Assembly (NCBI GenBank): GCA_944332815.1
Contig: CALVKQ010000004.1
Location: 69,319 to 133,318 of the forward strand
Source: an uncultured Clostridia bacterium
Lineage (GTDB): Bacteria; Bacillota; Clostridia; Christensenellales; CAG-917
Direction of reading: 5' to 3'
DNA: 64,000 nucleotides
Positions 47,400 to 58,001 of this stretch are shown one piece after another (positions within the stretch are counted from its first letter, which is position 1; each line of letters begins with the position of its first letter). The position numbers and the translations under genes are program-made. The notes beneath the pieces were generated by a model. It did no database searches. It saw only the letters and a list, made by a program, of their open reading frames with translations, and was not told the origin of the DNA.

Positions 47400-48410
47400 T
47401 CAGGGGATGAGGGATATCTCTTTCAGAGTGTAAGTCACTTTTTGGGGATTGCGGTCCGCGTCGTTGTACGGCTCGACTATGCGCACGAGCACATGGGGGA
47501 GCTGCCATTTGCTGTCGTCGTAAGAGGTGCTGATGAGGGTGTCGGTGCCTTCCTCGTTTCTTGCGGCATAGACGGGATCCACCGTGTAGTAGAGGGTCTG
47601 CGCCGCGCCCGTGACCGTGGTCGAACGGGAGAGGGTGGTGTGGTAGCAGTTGAGCGCGGTGGTCTGATTTTGCACCTCGTTGCCGTCGCTGTCCTTACTC
47701 ACGGAGGGGAAAGGAAGATCGGACACCGTTTCGGTGCCGTTCACGGAGAGGGTGAGGGATATAGAGGTCTGTTCGCTCGCACTCACCACGGCGGTGTTGA
47801 AAGAGAAGGAAAAGGAAGTGCCGAAGGTGGAGATGCCGCGCAGGCTCTGATGGAATTCGTTGTTGTCGTAGTAGGGGGAGTTCAGCCCTATGTTTCCGCT
47901 CTTGCTCTCGCCGTTCGCGGTGAGGGTGTAGGCGAGAGAGGAGCCGTTATAGGTGCCGTCCATACTGAAAAATTCCTTGCCGTTCACTTTCTCGCTCCTG
48001 TGCGTGGCATAGGGGAGGAGATAGTTGGAGCCGTCGGTCAGGATGAAGTAACACTCCGTGACATATTGATACGCGACGCCGCCGAGTTTGATGTCCAGGG
48101 TGTTGCTGATGAGATAGCCCTCGCGCTGTTCTATGGTTCTGCCGCCGATGATGACGCGGTCGGGGTTGTAAGCCGGGCTGTTCTCGTCCGCATTATACGC
48201 CTTGTGGTAAGTGATCACGCTGACGTACTCGCCTTCCGAGCCTTCGAACGCGCTGTCCGTCACGGAATAGGTGTAGCGTTGGTAAGGGCGCGCATTCTTC
48301 CAGGCGTCCACAAGCTGCCCCTGCGTGGTGGCGTTATTGCACGCGGCGAGGGCGACTGCGAGCACTGCCGCAACGATCACGACCGTAAGTAAAGATACAA
48401 ATTTCTTCAT
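47400..48410 (-). CDS. Hypothetical lipoprotein
   Basis: MKKFVSLLTVVIVAAVLAVALAAC has a signal peptide and a lipobox LAAC. The internal ATG at 48410 is preferred over 48506. Confidence 0.7.
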   Translation of the reverse strand: MKKFVSLLTVVIVAAVLAVALAACNNATTQGQLVDAWKNARPYQRYTYSVTDSAFEGSEGEYVSVITYHKAYNADENSPAYNPDRVIIGGRTIEQREGYLISNTLDIKLGGVAYQYVTECYFILTDGSNYLLPYATHRSEKVNGKEFFSMDGTYNGSSLAYTLTANGESKSGNIGLNSPYYDNNEFHQSLRGISTFGTSFSFSFNTAVVSASEQTSISLTLSVNGTETVSDLPFPSVSKDSDGNEVQNQTTALNCYHTTLSRSTTVTGAAQTLYYTVDPVYAARNEEGTDTLISTSYDDSKWQLPHVLVRIVEPYNDADRNPQKVTYTLKEISLIP

Positions 48411-48553
48411 AGTGACAAGATTATAACCTAAATGCGCGCGCGGAGCAACGGATTTCGGGCAAATACGCAAATTAAGCGTCCAAAAAAGCGGAAAGAGTTT
48501 CCGCATAAGGTCGCGTCCTTGAAAACGGACGCGGCGCGTGTTATACTGTTTGC

Positions 48554-51500
48554 ATGAAGATCATCCTGTCAAATACCGCGCATGACGCGTATCACCGCGT
48601 GTTGGAGGAGCTCAAACGAAAGCTCCCGGACGGCGGAGAGCACGTGATCATCGTGCCCGACAAATTCACCGCTTCCTCCGAACGCGGCGTCATCGCCACG
48701 CTGGGGCTGGACGCGGTGTTCAACGTGAGCGTGACTTCTTTCACGCGGCTCGCGGAAAAGATGGTGGGCTCGCGCATAAAAAAATGCCTCACTCCGCAGG
48801 GCGCGGTCATGATGCTCGCCAAGGTCATAGAGGAAAACCGCGACAAATTGCGTCATTACTCCCGAGCCGCCCGTTCCTCCGGGTTCGCGGAGGCGTTCTA
48901 CGCCGCGCTCACCGCCGTGCGCAACAGCGGCGTTTCCCCCGAAACGCTGCGCGCCGCAGCGGCACGCGCCCCCGAAAACGTAAAAGGTAAGTTCGAGGAC
49001 ATGGCGCTCATATATTCGGAATATCTCGCAGGGCTGGGGGACAGACACAGCGATTCCACCACCAGATTGGAAGCGTTTGCGGCATACCTTTCGGGGTGCG
49101 GCGCGTTGCCCACACATTTTTACGTCGTGGACTTTTACGATTTCAAAGCCCCCGAACTCGACGTGCTATGCGCGCTCGCGCGTTCCGCCCTCTCCCTTAC
49201 GGTGGGCATGGTGAGCGGCGAGGGCAACCCCAATTCCAGGATATACAACGACTCCGCGGCGCGTCGGTTGCTCGCAGCCTGTGGCGGAGGAGAGGTGGAG
49301 CGGAGCAGGGAGGAATTGCACCCTGCCTGCCAAGTCATCTCCGAAAGGCTGTTTTCCTACGACCCTCCCGAGAAGAGGACGGAGTGCGGAGGAAAAGTCA
49401 GGTTGGTGGCGGCAAAGTCCAAGGCGGAAGAGGTCGCGTTCCTCATGCGCGAGATATGTTCCAAAGTGGCGGACGGGGCGCGTTACCGTGATTTCGAGGT
49501 GGTGCTGTCCGACGTGGAGGGTTATAAGGCGGAACTGAAAAGCGCCTTCCTGCGCAACGGCATCCCATTCTTTATAGACACCAGGGAAGCGCTGGCGGAA
49601 CAGACCAAGACCAGGCTGCTGCTCTCTGCGCTCGCCGCGGTAAGGAGCGGACTGCGCCTTTCGGAAGTGTGCGAGTTCGTCAAAAATCCGCTGTTTGCCG
49701 GCGGAGCGCCGGGAGGGGAGGACGCGGTGTTCCGTTTTGAAAACTACTGCCTGCGCTACAACACCGACCGTTCCCGTTTTCTTGCTCCCTTCACATTGGG
49801 GGACGAGGAGGAACTGCGCGTGTGCGAACCCGTGAGAGCGCGGCTCGTCGAGGCGCTTTCCCCCATTTTCTTCGAGGGCAAAACTGACGTCGGGAGCTTT
49901 GTCGCAGGGGTGAAAAACTTCTTGAACGGGTTCGAGGACGCTTGGCGCGTACATACTGCAAAGTTGACCGAAACCAGCCTTTATTACGCAAAATGCGCCG
50001 ATCAAGTGGACGAAAAGATAAATTCGTTGTTGGATGAGATGAAGGACACTTTGAGTGCGGAAGGGGATACGGCATACTTTGAGCGTATGCTGCGCTCCAC
50101 TGTGCAGACAGTAAAGATAGCCCTCGTCCCCACCTGGCTGGACTGCGTTTACGTCGGCGGCACGGACAACCGTTATCTGGGCGGCGGCGATATATATCTG
50201 CTGGGCGCGAACGTGGGCAGGCTCCCCCTCGGCGCGGAGGGCGGCAGCGTCATTTCGGAGCGCGACGAAACTTTGCTTTCCGCTCTCGACGTGCGCATCT
50301 CGCCCACGGTGACGGAGAGGACGTACGCCGAACTCATGTCCGTGACCGAGGTCATGAAACGCCCCAAAGGCACCCTCGTCGTATGTTATCCCGAGAGCGA
50401 CGCGTCGGGGGATCTCCGTCCCTCTTCCGTGGTGTCGGAGCTCAGAGGGATGTTGTCCGAAAACGGCGTGCCGCTGCCCGTGGAAAGGGCGGAACTCCCC
50501 CCTCTCGACGAGCTCGGAGAGGAGGAAAGAGCGCGCGCTCTCGGCGCCGGATGTCCCACCGAACAGGCGTGTCTTTTCGAAACGTTGCGCTGTTTGTCCG
50601 CCCCCGACGACAAGACGGCGGCGGCGGTCGCGCTGCTCGGCAAGGAAGACCGCGCGCGCGTCGAACGCATGACAGAGAGGGTGCATCCCGTGTCGTCTAT
50701 CGGCGGAGAGGCTGCGCATGTCGCGGTAAAACGAATGAGAGGACGGACGGACGCGTCAAGGCTGGAAACCTATTTCGCCTGCCCGTACAAATATTATTTC
50801 GCTTACACGCTCGGGCTCAACGAGCGCGAGGAAGCCGTCGTGGACGGCAGGATATTCGGCATCCTGATGCACGCCGTGCTGGAAAAGTTTTTCAAGCTGG
50901 TCAAACGCGGGGCGATGACCGCAGACAAGGTGCGCGCGGAGGTGGAGCGCATTTTCGACGCCGCGCTCGAAGAGGATAAGGTGGCGACCGCCGCGATGGA
51001 CGATCCCGGCGCAGTGCGCGCGTTCGAGAGGCTGCGCCGCGAAGCCGTGACCGCTTGCCGGAAACTGTTCGACGCGGTGCAGAGGTCGGAGTATAAACCG
51101 CTGTACATCGAAGCGTACATAGGCGGAAAGGAATTGCCTTCTCTCAAACTCCGCGTGGGGGAGGAAGTGACGGAACTGCGCGGCAGAGTGGACAGGGTGG
51201 ATGCGCGCGGCGACAAGTTCTTTGTGGTGGACTACAAGACGGGAAAAAGGGCGGAACCTGCTTTTGCGGACGTCTATTCCGGCAAAAAGATACAGCTGTA
51301 TCTCTATATGCAGACCATCGCGGAGGACACGGGCATGACCCCGGTGGGGGTTTTCTATCTTCCGCTCTCCTTCGATTTCGAAACTTCTGCCGCGGAACTG
51401 CGCTACACGGGCAGTCTGGTGAACGACGAAGAGGAGGCGCGCGCTATGGATCCGCTGTTCGGAGAGGATGACGAAAGGTGCATCATCCCCTCTAAACGCG

Positions 51501-51787
51501 CACGCGACGGCAGTTTGGCTCCGCCCGTGCATGTCACCCCCGAACAGCTTAGAAGGATAGGCAAATACGTCGAGGCGCTCGCGCGCGACGGGGCGGAGGA
51601 GATAGAGTACGGCAACATCGCACCCGACGCTCTGAAAGGCGAGTGCGTCTACTGCGCTTATTCGGGCATATGCGCCTGGCAGCACGGGGCAAACGGCATT
51701 TCGACGGGCTCCGTCGGCGTGGACGATTTCGACCCCGAAACGACCCGTGCGCTGCTCATGCCGCACGCAGAAGAGGAGGAGCTGTAA
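48554..51787 (+). CDS. addB: Helicase-nuclease AddAB, subunit B
   Basis: C-terminal PD-(D/E)XK nuclease (RVDRVD...VVDYKTG) with Fe-S cysteines (CPYKYYF ... CVYCAYSGIC). It lies immediately upstream of addA. Confidence 0.88.
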   Translation: MKIILSNTAHDAYHRVLEELKRKLPDGGEHVIIVPDKFTASSERGVIATLGLDAVFNVSVTSFTRLAEKMVGSRIKKCLTPQGAVMMLAKVIEENRDKLRHYSRAARSSGFAEAFYAALTAVRNSGVSPETLRAAAARAPENVKGKFEDMALIYSEYLAGLGDRHSDSTTRLEAFAAYLSGCGALPTHFYVVDFYDFKAPELDVLCALARSALSLTVGMVSGEGNPNSRIYNDSAARRLLAACGGGEVERSREELHPACQVISERLFSYDPPEKRTECGGKVRLVAAKSKAEEVAFLMREICSKVADGARYRDFEVVLSDVEGYKAELKSAFLRNGIPFFIDTREALAEQTKTRLLLSALAAVRSGLRLSEVCEFVKNPLFAGGAPGGEDAVFRFENYCLRYNTDRSRFLAPFTLGDEEELRVCEPVRARLVEALSPIFFEGKTDVGSFVAGVKNFLNGFEDAWRVHTAKLTETSLYYAKCADQVDEKINSLLDEMKDTLSAEGDTAYFERMLRSTVQTVKIALVPTWLDCVYVGGTDNRYLGGGDIYLLGANVGRLPLGAEGGSVISERDETLLSALDVRISPTVTERTYAELMSVTEVMKRPKGTLVVCYPESDASGDLRPSSVVSELRGMLSENGVPLPVERAELPPLDELGEEERARALGAGCPTEQACLFETLRCLSAPDDKTAAAVALLGKEDRARVERMTERVHPVSSIGGEAAHVAVKRMRGRTDASRLETYFACPYKYYFAYTLGLNEREEAVVDGRIFGILMHAVLEKFFKLVKRGAMTADKVRAEVERIFDAALEEDKVATAAMDDPGAVRAFERLRREAVTACRKLFDAVQRSEYKPLYIEAYIGGKELPSLKLRVGEEVTELRGRVDRVDARGDKFFVVDYKTGKRAEPAFADVYSGKKIQLYLYMQTIAEDTGMTPVGVFYLPLSFDFETSAAELRYTGSLVNDEEEARAMDPLFGEDDERCIIPSKRARDGSLAPPVHVTPEQLRRIGKYVEALARDGAEEIEYGNIAPDALKGECVYCAYSGICAWQHGANGISTGSVGVDDFDPETTRALLMPHAEEEEL

Positions 51788-54700
51788 ATGGAGAGAAAGA
51801 CTGCGTTCGGCGATTTCCCTTCAAAAAGGCTGTTGGACGGTTTGACGGATCAGCAGAAAGCCGCGCTCGGCGAGAGAGGCAGAGTGCTGGTTTCCGCTTC
51901 GGCAGGCAGCGGTAAGACCACCACCATGGTGCGCAAGATAATCGCGGAGGCGGAGAGAGGCGTCCCCGTGTCCGAGATGCTCATCCTGGTGTATAACGAA
52001 GCGGCGGCGAACGAGCTCAAAGAGAGGCTGCATACGGCGTTTTTCGAAGCGGCGTGCGCTGCGGACGGGAGCATGCGCGAGTTCCTGCGCAGGAACATAG
52101 ACCAGCTTTCCTCCGCGTCCATAGGCACGATACACTCCTTCTGCCGTTCCCTCATAAAGTCCAATTTTGAAAGGCTCGGGGTTTCGCCCGCGTTCGACAT
52201 CATCGCCGAAGACATGGAAGCGAAGTATAAGAGCGAAGCCATGGACGAGGTGTTTTCGCGCTGTTACAAAGAGGGTGACGTCACCTTCATGCGGCTCGCG
52301 GACGCGCTGACTTCGAGCAGGAAAGAGGACTATCTGCGCGACGTGGTGAACACCGTTTACGAACTGGTGGAGATACAGCCGGACAGGCAGGGGTTCATGC
52401 GGCGGCTGAAAGAGAATTACCTCGCACCCGATTTCGGCGCGTACGGCGAGGCGCTCGCGGCAGGCGCGCGGCGAAGAGCGGAGAGGTGGCGCTCCGTGCT
52501 GGAAGACATCCTGCCCGTGCTCGTTTCCGAGGGGCAGAAGTCGTATGCCGCAAAGAGCGAAGCGGTGATAGAAGCTCTCCGAGGCATCCGTGCAGCGGAC
52601 TTCCCCGGGGTGTGCCGCGCGGTGGGGGATATCGTGGAAACGCTCTCGATGAGCGCGTCCAAAAAGCGCGACTCGGTGAGCGACGAAGCGGAAACGGCAA
52701 GGGTGACTCTCGCCGCCGCACGCACCTACTTCAAAAACTGGGCGGCGACATTTGCCGATCGGGAGTTTTTGACGAAAGCGCATCTTCAAAACGCGGAATT
52801 CGTCGGTAAACTCGTCGATCTGGTGGAAATGCTGGACGAGGAATTTTCCGCCGCGAAGAGGGCGGACGACGTGATGACTTATTCCGACCTCGAATATTTT
52901 GCCGCGGAACTGGTCCGAAACGGGGACTTTCGCGGCAGGTATTCCGTCGTTTTCGTGGACGAGTATCAGGACGTCAACCCCGTGCAGGAGTTCATCATCG
53001 ATTCGCTGCTCCCCGACGAAGCGTTCATGGTCGGGGACGTCAAGCAGAGCATTTACGCGTTCAGGCTCGCCGACCCCGAGATATTCCTGGGGCGCAAGCG
53101 TCGTTATGAGTCGGGGAAGGAGGGCAAGGCGTTGGAATTCAACGCCAACTTCCGCAGCGTACGCCCCGTGTTGCAACTGGTCAATTCCGTGTTCGACGTC
53201 GCCATGACGGCGGAAACTTCGGGGATGGATTATCTGTCGGAGGGGCATTTCGCGATAGGCGACGAGAAGAAGGACGTCAACGGTGACCTCCTTTCGGGCG
53301 CGGCGGAAGTGCATCTGTTCTCCGCGCCCGACGAGCAGGCGCGCGCGTATGCCAAAGCGGTCTTTATCGCGGAGAAGCTGAAACAGATAGTCGGCAAAGT
53401 CACAAAGGAGAACGGCGCGCCGATAAGCTACGAGGACTGCGTGATCCTGATGAGGTCGCGCTCCGCGCCCGTGAAGCGCATGGCAAGATATCTCGCGGCG
53501 GAGGGCGTCCCTCTGGATACGAGCATATTCGCGGACGACGACGACCGTGCGGAGAGGGAACTCGTCCGTTTTCTCACGGTGTTGGATAATCCGCGCGAGG
53601 ACATACCTCTCGCCGGGTTCATGCTCTCGTGGTTCGGTGGGTTCGGCGAGGAGGAGCTGGTGCTCATCGCAGACAAGCGCCCGAAGGGCGGCGATTTCTA
53701 CGACGCGGTGCTCGCTGCGGCGCAGGAGGATTCCGCCCTCGGCAAAAAGACGGCGCGGATGTTGGATATGCTGGAGTCCTACCGCCTCAAAGCCAGTTTC
53801 AAGAGCGTCCCCGACCTGTTGCAGGGCATAGTTTCCGACTTCTCTTACGACGCCTACGTGCAGGCGATGGGCTGGGGCGGCGCGGAAAGAGTGTCCGCGT
53901 TCGTCGCGGAGAAGACGGGCAAGGACCCGTATATGGGTATAGGGCGCTTCCTTGCCGCGTACAAAGCCGCGGCAGGGGCGAAGAAAAAGAGAAAGACGGG
54001 CATGGGCGGCAACAAAGTGCGTTTTGCTACTTACCATGCCTACAAAGGATTGGAGGCGCCTGTGGTGTTCATCGCGGATGCGGACCATAAGCCGAGCAGC
54101 CGCCCGGGGCGCCGCGACGTCATGACGGACAACCGTGGTTTCGTGGGTATGACGTACTTCGATTTTGACTGCCGCACCAAGAAAAAAGCTCTTTCCCTGT
54201 ACGCCTTGGAGGAGATGAAGAGCGAGAGCGAACGCCGCGACGAACTTAGGATGTATTATGTCGCGCTCACGCGCGCGAAACAATATTTATACATAATGGG
54301 AGATCACGACGGAGAAGCCTCTTTCGGCAGGCGGAAAGCCGCGGACGCGCCCGTCACCATCCTCGACCATATCAAGGAGGCGTGCTACGCAGGCAAGACC
54401 TTCGCCATACACCGCCATGAGTTCGATGACGTTGCGCCCGACGTAACTGCGGCAAAGGAACTCGTTTTGCCCGAAAACGGCAGAGCGGAGGATATCGCCG
54501 CGATAAGAAGGGCGGTGGGACGCCGTTACCCGTATCGCGCGGCTACGGAGCTCGCCATGAAGTACAGCGTGTCCGCGCTGGACGGCGGCGGCGACGAGGT
54601 GACGCTGGGGGCGTTTGCCGACCGCGCCGACGAAGGCATAGTGTACCACAAGGTGATGGAGCGCATCGACTTCGCCGCCTCGGGCGTGGAGGGCGTGAGA

Positions 54701-55108
54701 GCGGAACTGGACGGCATGGTGCGCGGCGGCGTGCTGACGGAGGAGGAGAGAGCGCAGGTGGACGAGCAGGCGATAAGAAGATGTCTGGACAGCCCCGTCA
54801 TGCGGCTCGCGCGCGAAAGCGTATGTTATCGCGAACGCTCCTTCCTCATGTATCTCCCGGCAAGCGAGGTCGGGTGCGAAGGTTCCGCCGACAAAGTGCT
54901 CGTGCAAGGCGTCATCGACCTGCTCATAGACGGCAAAGAACGCGTGATCGTGGACTTCAAGAACTCCTATCTCCGCAGCGCGGAAGCCCTGGAAAAATAC
55001 AAAAAGCAACTTGAACTGTACAAAAAGGCGGTTGAAAGCTCGTTTTTGGGCAAAGTCGACAAAATCGTGCTGTATTCTTTCAAAACGGGAGAAACTTTGG
55101 AGATGTGA
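51788..55108 (+). CDS. addA: Helicase-nuclease AddAB, subunit A (UvrD-like helicase plus C-terminal nuclease)
   Basis: SAGSGKTTTMV, VDEYQDVNPVQ, YYVALTRAK, and C-terminal GVIDLL...VDFK. Confidence 0.92.
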   Translation: MERKTAFGDFPSKRLLDGLTDQQKAALGERGRVLVSASAGSGKTTTMVRKIIAEAERGVPVSEMLILVYNEAAANELKERLHTAFFEAACAADGSMREFLRRNIDQLSSASIGTIHSFCRSLIKSNFERLGVSPAFDIIAEDMEAKYKSEAMDEVFSRCYKEGDVTFMRLADALTSSRKEDYLRDVVNTVYELVEIQPDRQGFMRRLKENYLAPDFGAYGEALAAGARRRAERWRSVLEDILPVLVSEGQKSYAAKSEAVIEALRGIRAADFPGVCRAVGDIVETLSMSASKKRDSVSDEAETARVTLAAARTYFKNWAATFADREFLTKAHLQNAEFVGKLVDLVEMLDEEFSAAKRADDVMTYSDLEYFAAELVRNGDFRGRYSVVFVDEYQDVNPVQEFIIDSLLPDEAFMVGDVKQSIYAFRLADPEIFLGRKRRYESGKEGKALEFNANFRSVRPVLQLVNSVFDVAMTAETSGMDYLSEGHFAIGDEKKDVNGDLLSGAAEVHLFSAPDEQARAYAKAVFIAEKLKQIVGKVTKENGAPISYEDCVILMRSRSAPVKRMARYLAAEGVPLDTSIFADDDDRAERELVRFLTVLDNPREDIPLAGFMLSWFGGFGEEELVLIADKRPKGGDFYDAVLAAAQEDSALGKKTARMLDMLESYRLKASFKSVPDLLQGIVSDFSYDAYVQAMGWGGAERVSAFVAEKTGKDPYMGIGRFLAAYKAAAGAKKKRKTGMGGNKVRFATYHAYKGLEAPVVFIADADHKPSSRPGRRDVMTDNRGFVGMTYFDFDCRTKKKALSLYALEEMKSESERRDELRMYYVALTRAKQYLYIMGDHDGEASFGRRKAADAPVTILDHIKEACYAGKTFAIHRHEFDDVAPDVTAAKELVLPENGRAEDIAAIRRAVGRRYPYRAATELAMKYSVSALDGGGDEVTLGAFADRADEGIVYHKVMERIDFAASGVEGVRAELDGMVRGGVLTEEERAQVDEQAIRRCLDSPVMRLARESVCYRERSFLMYLPASEVGCEGSADKVLVQGVIDLLIDGKERVIVDFKNSYLRSAEALEKYKKQLELYKKAVESSFLGKVDKIVLYSFKTGETLEM

Positions 55109-55280
55109 CGTCTGCGGTTTTATGTCGCGGCGTTTTGCGAGCGTTTAGGAAGCGTTTGCGGCGTCCGGGCGTACGGGTGCACGGCGGTGTGTGCGCCCCT
55201 GCGCGCCCTGTCCGCGCGCCTTTTTCTGCGTATCAAAAATGAAAAATATGCTTATATCAGTGTTTTATGGCGGAAAAGTC

Positions 55281-55308
55281 TTGATTTTTAGCGCGCGTGT
55301 GGTATAAT
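55281..55308 (+). promoter_or_regulatory. Sigma-70-type promoter with an extended -10
   Basis: TTGATT (55281..55286), 16-nt spacer ending in TGg, TATAAT (55303..55308). Confidence 0.55.
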
Positions 55309-55355
55309 TACCATAACATTTGTAGTGCTATTTACGGAGGCATCGGGTAGCTGGT

Positions 55356-57110
55356 ATGGACTTCTTCAACACGATTTTCGATGGTTTGGTTTCTTTGTCG
55401 GAGAAGCTGCCGGCAATAGAGATACAGACTTTTTACATCGTGGTCGTGGCGGCGATCGCTCTTGCCGCAGTTGTCATCGGGCTCACGTTCTTTGCTTCCT
55501 CGGCGTACAAAATGAAACGTGCCGCAGGCAGAGTGCTTGCTTATCTCGAAAACGAGGACGTCATCAACGACGATAATGTTGCGGATTTCACCGCCTCCTG
55601 TTTCGGGACGAAAGCGCCCACCGCCTTGCGCGACACCTGGGTGAGCTATCTCGGCGTGCGTTTCGGTTATCCCGGAGAAGTGCTGTCCGAGTCCGCCGTG
55701 TTCGACAAGGAGGTCAAGCGTCCCGATTTCGTGCGCGCGAGCATCTTCATCGCGGTCGCGCTCATCCTCACTGCGCTGTTCTCTTTCTGGGGGCTCGGCG
55801 CGATGGCGACCGCGGAAGTGGGCGTCGTGCTGTGTCTGGGGCTGCTCGTCGGCGCGATAGGTTACATCGTTCTCATGCTTGTGGGGAAGAATGAGTATGT
55901 GCGTGCGCGCAAAAAGTTCGTCGCCATGCAGGACGAGTTGGACGCCAAAGTGAATCTGCAGGTGGAGCGTGATTATGCCACCGACGCGTCGCCGCTGTTG
56001 CAGGTGGCTGCCATCATGGACGGCATCATCGCACGCAATATCGCCCGTCCGGCTCCCACCGACGAAGAGGTCGAAGCGGTCGTCCGCGCAAAAGAGAATT
56101 CCGAAGAGAATTCCGATGCTCGGGAGGGCGACAGTAAGACCGCAGACGCCGTTTCGGAAGAGGGCGTGCTGACCACCGCTCCCGTCGGGGAGCCTTCCGA
56201 TGAGGAAGAGGCGGACGCGAAAGAGGAGGAGCTCACCCCCATAGAAGAGGCGGTCGCTGCCGCGGAGGAGAGCAAGGCTGCCGCAGAGGAACAGCAGACA
56301 GAGCAGGCGAACGCGGAGAAAGAGGAAGTCATCCCTGCGGACGAAGCAGGCTCCCACGAGGACGAAGTACAACAGGAAGAAACGGAAGAAGGGCATAGGG
56401 AAGAGGCTCGCGGCGATGTCGCGGAAGATATAGAAAATAACGATGAGGATGAGGAAAATATGTTTGGAAGAAAGAAAAAGAAACTCCAACAGGCAGAGCT
56501 GGCAGCACGCGGCTACGAGAACGAAGACCTCGAACTCGAAAGCGAAGTGATGGAGGGCGATGACGGGGAAGGTGCGGAACGCGGTCAACTGCGTGCTCCG
56601 GCGCCCGTGTTGCCTTACGCACAACAGCAGACGGCGCCCGTTCAAACCGCTCCTGCGGGGCAGCAGGCGATGGCGTGCGGTTCCGCTCCCGAGTCACTCG
56701 AGGGGTTGAACGTCGCAAGATGCCGTCCTCAGGCGGACCAGTCCGTGACGGTTTCCCTGGAGCCCGAGGTCATCTATGTGGAGGAGGATCTGGACGAGGG
56801 CGATGAGGACGTCAAACCTCCCAAACTCGTCAAACTGCCTCAGCTGCTGGACTACGTGCTCTCCATGAAGCAGCTCACGCGCTCGCTGAAATTGCGCGTC
56901 GCTCTGCTCATGATCCAGGCGTACAACGTGTTCAAGAACAGCCCGGAGAACAAAGCCATAGTGTTGCAGTGCCTGAAAAAAGTCATGAAGTCCCTCATGG
57001 CGGAGCAGGCGGCGATGCAGGCGGCAAGAGCGAAGGCGGAGCAGGAAGCCGCGGCGGCACAAGCCCCGGCGGAGCCCGTCCCTGCCGACGGCGCCACCGA
57101 GCAACAATAA
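55356..57110 (+). CDS. Hypothetical membrane protein with a long acidic low-complexity region (584 aa)
   Basis: N-terminal TM helices (FYIVVVAAIALAAVVIGLTFF; IFIAVALILTALFSFWGL; VVLCLGLLVGAIGYIVLMLV). A Glu/Asp/Ala-rich middle section is followed by a conserved-looking C-terminal helical domain. Confidence 0.65.
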   Translation: MDFFNTIFDGLVSLSEKLPAIEIQTFYIVVVAAIALAAVVIGLTFFASSAYKMKRAAGRVLAYLENEDVINDDNVADFTASCFGTKAPTALRDTWVSYLGVRFGYPGEVLSESAVFDKEVKRPDFVRASIFIAVALILTALFSFWGLGAMATAEVGVVLCLGLLVGAIGYIVLMLVGKNEYVRARKKFVAMQDELDAKVNLQVERDYATDASPLLQVAAIMDGIIARNIARPAPTDEEVEAVVRAKENSEENSDAREGDSKTADAVSEEGVLTTAPVGEPSDEEEADAKEEELTPIEEAVAAAEESKAAAEEQQTEQANAEKEEVIPADEAGSHEDEVQQEETEEGHREEARGDVAEDIENNDEDEENMFGRKKKKLQQAELAARGYENEDLELESEVMEGDDGEGAERGQLRAPAPVLPYAQQQTAPVQTAPAGQQAMACGSAPESLEGLNVARCRPQADQSVTVSLEPEVIYVEEDLDEGDEDVKPPKLVKLPQLLDYVLSMKQLTRSLKLRVALLMIQAYNVFKNSPENKAIVLQCLKKVMKSLMAEQAAMQAARAKAEQEAAAAQAPAEPVPADGATEQQ

Positions 57111-57269
57111 GCTCCTTTTGAAGAAAACAACGCTCGTGTCCGCTTGCGCGCGGACACGGGCGCGTTCGCATAAGATGCGGCGGTCCCGATCGGATCGCGC
57201 TCGGGTTTCCCGTTAAGCGCCCCTCCGCCCTCCGCAAAACCAAAAAAGCCCGACGCCCGGGCCCTTTCA

Positions 57270-57303
57270 ACGGATGCATCTTCTCATCCGTTTTTCTTTT
57301 TTT
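57270..57303 (+). terminator. Intrinsic terminator
   Basis: acggatg-catcttct-catccgt followed by a TTTTTCTTTTTTT run. Confidence 0.75.
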
Positions 57304-57388
57304 ATATCGGCTGGATGCAGGTGACGATGCCGCCGGTGTCCGGACGGAAGCAGTCCGTTCGGACATTCTCCGGTTCAAGGGGAGGGGA

Positions 57389-57862
57389 TCATTCCGGGTA
57401 GGTGAGGCGGCGGTGGATGAGGAGGTCTTGCTTGTATCTTCGGACGAAGTGTTTGGCGAGGGGGAGGTCGTGTTCCTGCCAATTGCCGCATTCGGCGGCT
57501 TTTGCGCCCGGGATATCGCCCTCGAACGCGAGGGTGAAGTCGCACGCGGCGATGATGAGGGGGAGGACTTCTTCGGGCGTCTTCTCGCCGAACATCAGCA
57601 GGTAACAGCCGGTGCGGCAGCCCATGGGACCGAAGTACACAACGTCATCCGCGGCGGCGGAGTTGCGAAGGTAAGTCGCAAAAAGGTGTTCCACCGTATG
57701 CAGCGCGGCGATGTCCATGGCAGGCTCGCGGTTGGGCGCGGTGAAGCGCAGGTCGAACGTGGTGACGGCGACCCCGTCTTTTTCGTCGCGGCGGCTGAGG
57801 TACAGCCCGGGCAGCAGGTCAAGATGGTTTATAGTAAAACTGGCAATGGTTTTCATGTTCAC
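57389..57862 (-). CDS. luxS: S-ribosylhomocysteine lyase
   Basis: HTVEHLFATYLRN and GPMGCRTGCY motifs; 157 aa. Confidence 0.92.
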   Translation of the reverse strand: MNMKTIASFTINHLDLLPGLYLSRRDEKDGVAVTTFDLRFTAPNREPAMDIAALHTVEHLFATYLRNSAAADDVVYFGPMGCRTGCYLLMFGEKTPEEVLPLIIAACDFTLAFEGDIPGAKAAECGNWQEHDLPLAKHFVRRYKQDLLIHRRLTYPE

Positions 57863-58001
57863 CTCACAGTGATTTTAGCATCTTTGCGGCGGCGGCGCAA
57901 GGCGTTCGCGCCCCCAAAATCGGGTATTGAAAAACGGAAAATATAATAGTATAATATCTTATATACCGCATTAAAGCGGAATGAATGATAAAGGAGAAAT
58001 T

